A DNA stretch of 30,522 nt from a virus (IMGVR_UViG_3300034685_000369:1-30522), one strand, 5' to 3'; shown: positions 1-7,116, numbered from the stretch's first letter. Program-made: numbers and translations. Notes: generated from the sequence alone by a model not told the origin.

Positions 1-66
1 GAACAACGTATCCGTAGCCATAATTATTTCGACGGTATTATCGTAGTCTATACGCTGTCTATTCAT
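1..66 (-). CDS. Partial hypothetical protein (5' end only, runs off window)
   Basis: ATG at 66-64 overlaps the end of the upstream gene; reads MNRQRIDYDNTVEIIMATDTLF with no stop before the window edge. Confidence 0.55.
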   Translation of the reverse strand, partial: MNRQRIDYDNTVEIIMATDTLF

Positions 67-334
67 AGCCTAATTCCGCAAGGATATAATCGAGTTGTAT
101 ATAACCGGCGGCGTCGACGAGGTTATCGCGCTTGTGGCTGTATTTTTCGCGCGATAATTTAAGTGCAAGTAATACGGCCGTTACGTCGCGCGGGGTTATT
201 TCTTTTCGCCGAATAGCCGACGCTATTGCGCTAATCGATACGAAACTCTCTTCTGCCGACTCGTACCCGCGCGTACGGTTATTAACGATATTGTCGGCTT
301 CTGCCAAAATACTAAGCTCTTCTGTCGTTTTCAT
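59..334 (-). CDS. DUF6378-like phage protein (small all-alpha, possibly nucleotide pyrophosphatase-related)
   Basis: Motifs ILxEAxxIVxxR..Y.SAEESF..I and KLSRE....KRDNLVDAAGY match my recollection of DUF6378; A-rich start context. Confidence 0.7.
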   Translation of the reverse strand: MKTTEELSILAEADNIVNNRTRGYESAEESFVSISAIASAIRRKEITPRDVTAVLLALKLSREKYSHKRDNLVDAAGYIQLDYILAELGYE

Positions 335-366
335 TGTTTTGTCGTTTTAAATAATTCGAATGTATA

Positions 367-642
367 CTATATTTTCGTAAACGGGATTATAGATTGTGCG
401 TGCGAGTCATCCGGGTCGTAGCTTTCTAACCGACCTACGGAGAAGCCCACGCCGCCTCTCTCTTTGGTTAGTTTTCGTGCCAAGGCGATTATACTTCGTC
501 TACTTAATCGGCCGTCGAGTAAAACGTGATAGTCCGACCCGCAACCGACCATAGGATATCGCTTCGAAGTGTCTAAGCGGTTATTGACTCTGTCGTATGT
601 ACCGATTGATAATACCCAGATAAATAAGCATTTTCTGTTCAT
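367..642 (-). CDS. Hypothetical protein
   Basis: 91-aa ORF; its ATG overlaps the stop of 639..938 (ATGA coupling). Confidence 0.7.
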   Translation of the reverse strand: MNRKCLFIWVLSIGTYDRVNNRLDTSKRYPMVGCGSDYHVLLDGRLSRRSIIALARKLTKERGGVGFSVGRLESYDPDDSHAQSIIPFTKI

Positions 643-938
643 TGTTTTGTTGTTTTAATTGGTTCTGCGTCGGTTATTAATTGCGACAATTCTGTTTGTA
701 ATTCCGATAATTTCGATTTTACTCGCGCAACGTATAAGTCGAGTACTTCCGTAATCGGCATAAATTTATCGGCGAGCGTAATAGAATTATGCAGGCGCGA
801 ATATAGGCGTATGCCTTCAAACGTGTAACTACCCTTTTTATAGTCGTCGTAAATCGAGTCAATTCGACTCAATTCGTCGTTATATTCTTTTATTTGCGCC
901 TGCAAAGCGATTGCCTTATTCAATTGGTCTAACGTCAT
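639..938 (-). CDS. Hypothetical protein with N- and C-terminal coiled coils
   Basis: 99-aa ORF tightly packed in the operon; heptad-like helices at both ends. Confidence 0.75.
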   Translation of the reverse strand: MTLDQLNKAIALQAQIKEYNDELSRIDSIYDDYKKGSYTFEGIRLYSRLHNSITLADKFMPITEVLDLYVARVKSKLSELQTELSQLITDAEPIKTTKQ

Positions 939-941
939 AGT

Positions 942-1220
942 TTATACCAGTTTAAGTATTTCTATTTTGCCGTAATACGGATAAATGCTACCGTCGCGAT
1001 ATATTTCGTAACGGAGCGTTTTGTCTTTTGCCCTGTAGAGGGTTAAAATCGAAGGATTGTAGTTATTGCCTAAACTGTGGCCTACTACACTTACGTAACC
1101 ATACGTAGAGGGACAATGTCGTTTAGGCGTACCTTTATACAGCTTTGCCGGAACAACGAGGTTCTTACCTTCCATAAATATTTCCAGCCAAATATCGATA
1201 TACGGTTTTTGCCTTTTCAT
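942..1220 (-). CDS. Hypothetical basic protein, paralogue family A
   Basis: Start moved to ATG at 1220 (MKRQKPY), next to the upstream stop at 1222; shares AKLY(K/R)GxPKxHxPxTY, LRY and YYGKxE with 1945..2205. Confidence 0.75.
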   Translation of the reverse strand: MKRQKPYIDIWLEIFMEGKNLVVPAKLYKGTPKRHCPSTYGYVSVVGHSLGNNYNPSILTLYRAKDKTLRYEIYRDGSIYPYYGKIEILKLV

Positions 1221-1221
1221 A

Positions 1222-1527
1222 TTATGCGTTGTTTTTAAGAACAATCATTTTTTTAGGTACATAGCAAAAATCGAAATGTTTGCATTGATGCGGCGTATCC
1301 GATAATTCGAATAATTTACATCCTTCGCAATTCTCGTTCTTGTCCGTTTTTAGACAAAACTCTTTAGTAGCTCCGCAAAAGAAATACTCGGATTTCAAAT
1401 CCTTTTTGACCGACCAAATAATAAGTTCTTTTAGTCCTTCTTTTTTCATTTTCGAAATAAAATGCGACTTCGGGTATAGCATAGGGTCGTCTAAGTTATC
1501 ACTCGCATAAAGATTTTTTGTTTTCAT
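1222..1527 (-). CDS. Cys-rich hypothetical protein (possible Zn-binding)
   Basis: Six Cys in the C-terminal half (FFCG..FC..CEGC..QCKH..FCY). Confidence 0.7.
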   Translation of the reverse strand: MKTKNLYASDNLDDPMLYPKSHFISKMKKEGLKELIIWSVKKDLKSEYFFCGATKEFCLKTDKNENCEGCKLFELSDTPHQCKHFDFCYVPKKMIVLKNNA

Positions 1528-1528
1528 A

Positions 1529-1948
1529 TTATTCGTGTTTTGTTAAGTTATTGATAGACTTGATAATTAGCTTTGCCGTAACTTCGTTGAATTTTTCGAC
1601 TCTGACGGATATGCTGTTCGTCAGTACGCCTACCGCGATATAAATATCGACTTTTGCGCATTTGTCAATTCTGTAAAACTCGCCGAATATCGGCTCCGGA
1701 ATAACCTTAATAATCAGGTTATTCTTAAGTACTTTTCTTACGCTATTTTTATTGTAGTTAGCGTAAGATATGTCGGTGTCGGCATATAACGCATACCCGC
1801 TTTCGAACGTTTTTAAGTGCATACGATAGTCTATAATCGTTCCGTTCGCAAGCGCTTTGTCGTATATCGCTTTATAGTAGTCGCAAATATCTATCATGGC
1901 GACTTTGCACATTTCTTGTGCTTTAATATCGGGGTCGATGTAGTTCAT
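1529..1948 (-). CDS. Hypothetical protein
   Basis: 139-aa ORF with ATGA coupling to the upstream gene. Confidence 0.75.
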   Translation of the reverse strand: MNYIDPDIKAQEMCKVAMIDICDYYKAIYDKALANGTIIDYRMHLKTFESGYALYADTDISYANYNKNSVRKVLKNNLIIKVIPEPIFGEFYRIDKCAKVDIYIAVGVLTNSISVRVEKFNEVTAKLIIKSINNLTKHE

Positions 1949-2205
1949 AGTTGCGTATCTATTAGTTCTAATTTACCGTAGTAAACGCCGAGGCCGTCGA
2001 TATAAGAAGTACTGTACCTCAATGCGCCGCGCGGCGTTTTATAAATCGTTATCCGGTTAAATTCGAAAGGCAATAACCCGTAACGGCAATACGTACCTAC
2101 TTTTTTGTAGGTCAAGGGCTGATGCTTTTTAGGCTTGCCCCTATACAATTTCGCTTTAACGACCTTGTCGTTAATGAGAACGTCTATTACAATGTACATT
2201 TCCAT
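1945..2205 (-). CDS. Hypothetical basic protein, paralogue family A
   Basis: Alignable by eye to 942..1220. Confidence 0.75.
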   Translation of the reverse strand: MEMYIVIDVLINDKVVKAKLYRGKPKKHQPLTYKKVGTYCRYGLLPFEFNRITIYKTPRGALRYSTSYIDGLGVYYGKLELIDTQL

Positions 2206-2217
2206 ATTCGTATAAGT

Positions 2218-2526
2218 TTATAGTAAATCTCTCATTAATTCCGAATTGCACGTAATCATTTCGAATGCCTCGTTTCGGCCTTTAGCGGTTAATCCGGGTA
2301 TCGTAATTACGTACTCGAGGGCTTTTCTTACATAATTCTTTTCCGATACTATTTTTACGTAAGTAGCCTTTTTGGTAGCCGAAACTACCATCAGTACCGG
2401 TTCGCATTTGAACTGCGCATAATAGTGCTTGTACAAGTCTTCCAAATGCTCGAGCACAAACTCCAACAACATGGCTTCGTCTACGGCCAAGCTGTCGTGA
2501 AATTCGATAGTCTCTTGTAGCGTCAT
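2218..2526 (-). CDS. Hypothetical protein, paralogue family B
   Basis: Start moved to ATG at 2526 (MTLQETIEFHDSLAVDE) to match its paralogues; shares HYxxxFxCEPxLMV and YxKI motifs. Confidence 0.8.
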   Translation of the reverse strand: MTLQETIEFHDSLAVDEAMLLEFVLEHLEDLYKHYYAQFKCEPVLMVVSATKKATYVKIVSEKNYVRKALEYVITIPGLTAKGRNEAFEMITCNSELMRDLL

Positions 2527-2530
2527 AGTC

Positions 2531-2839
2531 TTACAATAAATTTTTAACAAAAGCAGAATTGAAAGCGATTATACCCGCTATTTCCTTACGCTCGTCTTCG
2601 GATATATCGGGTATCGTGTTTACGAACTCGTCTATCTTTTCGACAAGCTTATTTGCAGGTACAATTTTTGCGTAAAGCTCGGTATTGACCATAGCCGCTA
2701 CCATCAGTATCGGCTCGCAACCGAACTGCTTTTTGTAATGTTCGCGTAATTCGTCTAAATGCTCTACTATGGGAGCAATTGCCATTGTTTCGTCCACGGC
2801 CAAATCGTCGTGGAAATCGATAATTTCTTGTAGTGTCAT
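2531..2839 (-). CDS. Hypothetical protein, paralogue family B
   Basis: MTLQEIIDFHDDLAVDETM...HYKKQFGCEPILMV; alignable over the full length with 2218..2526 and 6592..6921. Confidence 0.8.
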   Translation of the reverse strand: MTLQEIIDFHDDLAVDETMAIAPIVEHLDELREHYKKQFGCEPILMVAAMVNTELYAKIVPANKLVEKIDEFVNTIPDISEDERKEIAGIIAFNSAFVKNLL

Positions 2840-2946
2840 AATTTAGTTGTTTTTAATAAGTTAGCGATTTCTTATAAGGTCGTTCTTATAAGTTATCCGG
2901 TAGTCGGGTGGTCTTTATTCGCCTCCTCCGCCCGACCTTAATAACG

Positions 2947-3084
2947 TTATTTACGTCGCTTCTTAGTACCGCACGCTTTTGCACGGTTATATTCGACCTG
3001 TTTCCGACTCGGATACCCTAAGGCTTCCAATAAGTCGTTCGGGTCGTGAATAATCTTATAGCTCCGTTCTTTTTTCGCTTTCAT
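2947..3084 (-). CDS. Small basic hypothetical protein (45 aa; not in the ORF track)
   Basis: MKAKKERSYKIIHDPNDLLEALGYPSRKQVEYNRAKACGTKKRRK; its ATG overlaps the TGA of 3081..3443 and it fills the gap. Confidence 0.6.
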   Translation of the reverse strand: MKAKKERSYKIIHDPNDLLEALGYPSRKQVEYNRAKACGTKKRRK

Positions 3085-3443
3085 TTCGGACAGTCTTTAA
3101 AGAAGCTATTGATTTTGTCCTCAAACTCGGCAAACCGGTCTTTTAACCGTTCCGATTGTAACAACCCGGCCATTAATTCCGGATTAACTTCGCTTTTGTC
3201 GTAATCGTAAAACTCTATGAGCGATTTACTTTTTGTCAATGTAGGGTCATGCTGCGACAAATACCGTATTGCCTCGTCTCGGTCGGTTACCTCGACGTCA
3301 AATCCGCCATTGGCTAACAGCATTCCGTAAATCGTACCGAAAGGGCGTTTTTGGTCGATGTCGTCAATATCGATATACTTCAGTATATCCACCTCTGTAC
3401 TAAGCCCTTTTAAAAAATCCTCGATTTCTTGTTTTGTGCGCAT
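3081..3443 (-). CDS. Paralogue family C, copy 6 in transcription order; small helical protein, putative Ocr-like/anti-defence
   Basis: MRTKQEIE..IDQ.RPF..GGF..YL..HDP..LL.SE..KINSFFKD pattern shared by six tandem genes; function is inference. Confidence 0.85.
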   Translation of the reverse strand: MRTKQEIEDFLKGLSTEVDILKYIDIDDIDQKRPFGTIYGMLLANGGFDVEVTDRDEAIRYLSQHDPTLTKSKSLIEFYDYDKSEVNPELMAGLLQSERLKDRFAEFEDKINSFFKDCPK

Positions 3444-3449
3444 AATGAT

Positions 3450-3803
3450 TTAATCTTTAAAGAAGTTATTGATTTTAGGTCGCAACGAACAGAACGCGCG
3501 ACGCGTATTTTCCGAAAGTAATAACCGTGCCAACAACTCGGCGTCGATGTCCTCTTCAGTATATCCGCAAGCTACCGCCAACGATACGCTTTTACTCCAC
3601 GACGGGTCGTGCTCGCCCAAGTATTTTACGGCGTCTTCGTAGTGCGCCACGTCTATATCGAAACCCCCGCTTTCGATTATCATGTCGTATATCGACTCGA
3701 AGGGATGTTTCTGGTCGATACGCCATATACTGACGTACATAAGCACATCGACCGGCGTATCGAGCCCCTCTAAAAATTCTTTAATTTCCTGTTTGGTTCG
3801 CAT
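3450..3803 (-). CDS. Paralogue family C, copy 5
   Basis: 117 aa with the same motif pattern. Confidence 0.85.
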   Translation of the reverse strand: MRTKQEIKEFLEGLDTPVDVLMYVSIWRIDQKHPFESIYDMIIESGGFDIDVAHYEDAVKYLGEHDPSWSKSVSLAVACGYTEEDIDAELLARLLLSENTRRAFCSLRPKINNFFKD

Positions 3804-3808
3804 AACGG

Positions 3809-4162
3809 TCAGTCTTTAAAGAAGTTATCTATCTTGTCTTGCAACTCGCAAAACTCCTTTTGCGTATTCTCGGAAAGCAATAAGCTCGCGAGTTGTTCGC
3901 TGTTGATGTCGGTTATACTTAAGCCGAGCTCTGCCGCCAAAGTCAGGCTCTTGATTAAGCACGGGTCGTGTTCGCTCAAATATTCCATCGCGTTATCGCA
4001 ATAGATTACTTCCATAATAAACCCGTCGTTCTCGAGCACCATTTCGTACATCGACTCGAAAGGTCGATTAGGGTCTATACGGTCTATTTCGATACACTCG
4101 AGTACGCTTTCCGGTAAGTTTAATTCGCGTAAGAATTGTTCGATTTCTTGTTTAGTTCTCAT
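3809..4162 (-). CDS. Paralogue family C, copy 4 (strongly acidic)
   Basis: 117 aa; hand count ~26 D/E vs ~9 K/R. Confidence 0.85.
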   Translation of the reverse strand: MRTKQEIEQFLRELNLPESVLECIEIDRIDPNRPFESMYEMVLENDGFIMEVIYCDNAMEYLSEHDPCLIKSLTLAAELGLSITDINSEQLASLLLSENTQKEFCELQDKIDNFFKD

Positions 4163-4164
4163 AT

Positions 4165-4518
4165 CTATTTGTTTTTAAAGAAGTTATTGATTTCGTCTCT
4201 TAACGTCAAGAATTGACGCCGCATTTTAACGGAGTACAATAATCTTGCCAACAATACGGGCGCCATATCTTTCGCCACATATCCGCAAGCCAAAGCAACG
4301 GCCATGCTCTCAGCCCTAAACGGGTCGTGTTTGTCTAAATAGCGTAACGCCTCTTCGGTATTTACGTGAAGCTCGAAGCCTCTGTTCCTGTCAATCATAT
4401 CGTACATCGCCTCGGCAGGGCGAATTTCGGGTATACGGTCTATTTCCACGAGCTCCAGTATGTCGAGGTCGGTGTCAAGTTTACTTAAAAATTTCTCTAT
4501 TTCTCGTTTTGTGCGCAT
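4165..4518 (-). CDS. Paralogue family C, copy 3 (near neutral)
   Basis: 117 aa; hand count ~21 D/E vs ~20 K/R. Confidence 0.85.
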   Translation of the reverse strand: MRTKREIEKFLSKLDTDLDILELVEIDRIPEIRPAEAMYDMIDRNRGFELHVNTEEALRYLDKHDPFRAESMAVALACGYVAKDMAPVLLARLLYSVKMRRQFLTLRDEINNFFKNK

Positions 4519-4524
4519 AACGTT

Positions 4525-4878
4525 TTAATTTTTAAAGAAGTTATCTATTTTGTCTTTTAAAGTTAGGAATTGTTGTCTTGTTCTCTCCGATAGCAATAAA
4601 CTTGCCGCTACGGTAACACTTAGCTTGTCGTCGGTGTATCCGCAAGACGCCGCAAGTCTCTTGCTCTCGATACCCTGCGGGTCGTATGCGATTAGATACT
4701 TTACCGCATTATCGTAGTACTCTATTTTGAGCGTAAATCCGCCCGCGTCTTCAATCATTTTGTAAATGGAGTCGAACGGGCACCTCGGGTCGATATTGTC
4801 TATATCGATATAGTCCAAAAAATCGATCGCCGCGTCGAGACTCCGTAAAAAGTCCTCTATTTCCTGTTTAGTTTTCAT
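4525..4878 (-). CDS. Paralogue family C, copy 2
   Basis: 117 aa; both ends near-identical to copy 1. Confidence 0.85.
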   Translation of the reverse strand: MKTKQEIEDFLRSLDAAIDFLDYIDIDNIDPRCPFDSIYKMIEDAGGFTLKIEYYDNAVKYLIAYDPQGIESKRLAASCGYTDDKLSVTVAASLLLSERTRQQFLTLKDKIDNFFKN

Positions 4879-4881
4879 ACG

Positions 4882-5235
4882 TCAATCCTTAAAGAAGTTA
4901 TCTATCTTGTCTTTTAAAGTTAGGAACTGTTGCCTTACTCGCTTAGATAATAATAAACTCGCCAAAGTAGTAAGAGTCGCGTTATCGGCGTTATACCCGT
5001 GGTCAAGAGCAAGTTTTTTACTTTCGGTTAGACTCGGGTCAAATATCGATAAATATATTGCAGCGGTATCTGCGTACAATACTTCATAATTAAACCCGCT
5101 ATTATCGTTTAGCTGTTTATAAACGGACTCGAACGGATGTTCGGGGTCGATACTGTCTATATCGATATAGTCCAAAAAATCGATCGCCGCGTCGAGACTC
5201 CGTAAGAAGTCCTCTATTTCCTGTTTAGTTTTCAT
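4882..5235 (-). CDS. Paralogue family C, copy 1
   Basis: 117 aa with the same motif pattern. Confidence 0.85.
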   Translation of the reverse strand: MKTKQEIEDFLRSLDAAIDFLDYIDIDSIDPEHPFESVYKQLNDNSGFNYEVLYADTAAIYLSIFDPSLTESKKLALDHGYNADNATLTTLASLLLSKRVRQQFLTLKDKIDNFFKD

Positions 5236-5238
5236 ATA

Positions 5239-5484
5239 TCAATCTTTAAAATAAACGGTATATGCCGTATCGTTTCCTATAGGAAGGTTAAGAAACACGT
5301 CGTCGCAATCCTCAATATCGGACTCAATGACTCCGAGTTTCTTAATGTCCTTCACAAGGTTTCCCCACGCAGGGTCGCCCTTATAAAAATACTTACCTGC
5401 ACATCCGCAACGGCAATGCCTATCGCGACCGTAGTAAATCTTACATACGCGCGAAAAATCGATTTTACTCGTATCTATTCTCAT
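5239..5484 (-). CDS. Hypothetical protein with a CxCGC motif
   Basis: 81 aa, contains YYGRDRHCRCGCAGKY; packed directly upstream of the array. Confidence 0.75.
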   Translation of the reverse strand: MRIDTSKIDFSRVCKIYYGRDRHCRCGCAGKYFYKGDPAWGNLVKDIKKLGVIESDIEDCDDVFLNLPIGNDTAYTVYFKD

Positions 5485-5490
5485 AATCGT

Positions 5491-5534
5491 AAATAATAAA
5501 GTCGTCCTGCACCGTATACACGGCGCAAGACGAC
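5491..5534 (-). terminator. Intrinsic terminator-like hairpin
   Basis: Minus-strand RNA GUCGUCUUGCGCCGU-GUAU-ACGGUGCAGGACGAC pairs fully (15 bp, two G:U) and is followed by UUUAUUAUUU; the wobble pairs work only on the minus strand. Confidence 0.7.
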
Positions 5535-5540
5535 AGTCCG

Positions 5541-5939
5541 TTACTGTTCATACCATTCCTTATAAGCCTCTAAAGCTTTCATAATCAACTCGTTTACCCT
5601 CGTTTTAACGGAGGGCTGAAGCGGTTGCGTAAACAGTGCCTGCCCCTGACCCGGGCCTTCTTTACAAGGATGCGCAAAAGCATATTTATCCGAGTCTATT
5701 CTGTAGCCAAAATAGCTCTTTTCCGGATTAAACCGCTCGCAAATAAACTTGTACCCCGACCGTCCGCTATAATTATAACGGAGAAACATTGCCGGTGTAC
5801 CGTCGCCGTTGTCCTTAATTACGAAAGAACTGTTCTCGAGAAACTTGTCGAGCCATCTCTGTGTCCCGAATAGGTTTTTACTGTCTACCTCGAGCTCTAC
5901 TTCGAGCCCGTTTTTCGAAACGAATTTTGTCACTTCCAT
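5541..5939 (-). CDS. Hypothetical protein
   Basis: 132 aa; A-rich AACTAAAACA context before the ATG. Confidence 0.8.
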   Translation of the reverse strand: MEVTKFVSKNGLEVELEVDSKNLFGTQRWLDKFLENSSFVIKDNGDGTPAMFLRYNYSGRSGYKFICERFNPEKSYFGYRIDSDKYAFAHPCKEGPGQGQALFTQPLQPSVKTRVNELIMKALEAYKEWYEQ

Positions 5940-5959
5940 TGTTTTAGTTTTTTAATTAC

Positions 5960-6050
5960 GCCTACTCTATTGACGACTTTTCGGCTTCCGTCGTTGTACT
6001 TATTCAAAGGGTCAATCTTTACAAGTCTTTATTTTCAAGACTTTAGAATA
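5960..6050. repeat. ~90-bp duplicated leader element, copy A
   Basis: Repeated at exactly +990 bp (6950-7040); the first 40 bp are identical and the last ~30 bp near-identical. Confidence 0.9.
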
Positions 6051-6208
6051 AGTTTTCCGGTACGGTCGAACCGAGTTTCTCGGTACGGTCGAACCGAGTT
6101 TTCCGGTACGGTCGAACCGAGTTTTCCGGTACGGTCGAACCGAGTTTTCCGGTACGGTCGAACCGAGTTTTCCGGTACGGTCGAACCGAGTTTTCCGGTA
6201 CGGTCGAA
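6051..6208. repeat. Tandem 23-bp repeat AGTTTTCCGGTACGGTCGAACCG, 6 full copies + 20-bp partial
   Basis: Units start at 6051, 6074, 6097, 6120, 6143, 6166, 6189. Confidence 0.97.
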
Positions 6209-6221
6209 TTACAAACCTATT

Positions 6222-6257
6222 TTACGGTAGAGATAACCGAATGTACCTCTACCGTAA
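6222..6257 (-). terminator. Hairpin downstream of 6265..6588 (possible terminator or processing site)
   Basis: 11-bp inverted repeat TTACGGTAGAG / CTCTACCGTAA; weak U-tract. Confidence 0.45.
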
Positions 6258-6264
6258 CTATTAG

Positions 6265-6588
6265 TCAGTTAATACGGTTACTTGCGGAAACTTGTTCCTC
6301 GAGTTCCTGTTTGAACAAGTCGAGGATAAACGTTTCCAATAAAGCGCTCAAGTTCGAGTCCAAATCGAAGTCGTGGTCGTATTTTATGCTATTCCTACAA
6401 ATGAAACCGGTGTTGGTCGTACCTCCGTACTCCAATGTATCCGTTATTTCATTGTATCGGATATAACAATAGTTATACCTGTCGGGACCGCCGTCATAGT
6501 CTCCGAGGTTAACCTCGAATATGGGTATACGCCCAGTTCTTAAAACCGTGTCGAATTGCGCTTTGACTTGTTCTTTTGTCGATTTCAT
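6265..6588 (-). CDS. Acidic hypothetical protein
   Basis: 107-aa ORF in the operon. Confidence 0.75.
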   Translation of the reverse strand: MKSTKEQVKAQFDTVLRTGRIPIFEVNLGDYDGGPDRYNYCYIRYNEITDTLEYGGTTNTGFICRNSIKYDHDFDLDSNLSALLETFILDLFKQELEEQVSASNRIN

Positions 6589-6591
6589 AGG

Positions 6592-6921
6592 TCAGTATTT
6601 AATAAAATTACGTAAAAATGTGGAATTGATGATAATATCGAGTTTGATGTCCTCAAGTACATCATCCGGATAACCCTCTAACGTATTTACATACTCGGTT
6701 ATTTTCTCAAAGAATTGATTTTCAGGAATTAATTTTACGTATGCTCCGGTAAGGGACGAATTTTTTGCTACCATTAATACCGGTTCACATCCGAATTTTT
6801 TTCGGTAATGATTGTGTATACTTTTGTCGTACGTAAGTATAAGACTCGCCAACATTGTCTCATTTGGGGCAAGTTCGTCATGGAGTCTAATCGTTTCTTT
6901 TAATGTCATCTTTTTTGCCAT
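6592..6921 (-). CDS. Hypothetical protein, paralogue family B
   Basis: MTLKETIRLHDELAPNETM...HYRKKFGCEPVLMVA. Confidence 0.8.
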   Translation of the reverse strand: MAKKMTLKETIRLHDELAPNETMLASLILTYDKSIHNHYRKKFGCEPVLMVAKNSSLTGAYVKLIPENQFFEKITEYVNTLEGYPDDVLEDIKLDIIINSTFLRNFIKY

Positions 6922-6949
6922 AATTGTAATTGTTTTAGTTTCTTGTTGT

Positions 6950-7040
6950 GCCTACTCTATTGACGACTTTTCGGCTTCCGTCGTTGTACCTATCCGAAGT
7001 TCCAAACTTCACAAGTCTTTGTTTTCAAGACTTTAGAATA
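6950..7040. repeat. ~90-bp duplicated leader element, copy B
   Basis: Matches 5960-6050. Confidence 0.9.
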
Positions 7041-7116
7041 AGTTTCTCGGTACGGTCGAACCAAGTTTTCCGGTACGGTCGAACCAAGTTTTCCGATACG
7101 GTCGAACCAAGTTTCT
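7041..7116. repeat. Tandem 23-bp repeat (variant ending AACCA), 3 copies + partial
   Basis: Units start at 7041, 7064, 7087; partial at 7110. Confidence 0.95.

Noticed and set aside
2871-2936. Hairpin GTCGGGTGG...CCGCCCGAC and paired CTTATAAG palindromes as a terminator or ncRNA
   Set aside because: Large loop, a mismatch on the transcribed strand, and no U-tract; too weak to call
6051-6208. CRISPR array or tRNA (GGTTCGA T-loop-like motif on the minus strand)
   Set aside because: There are no unique spacers and no cloverleaf; the motif is just part of a 23-bp tandem unit
5970-6230. Plus-strand 86-aa ORF (and its twin 6948..7208)
   Set aside because: Antisense to the operon, non-ATG starts, and open mainly because the repeat has no stop codons
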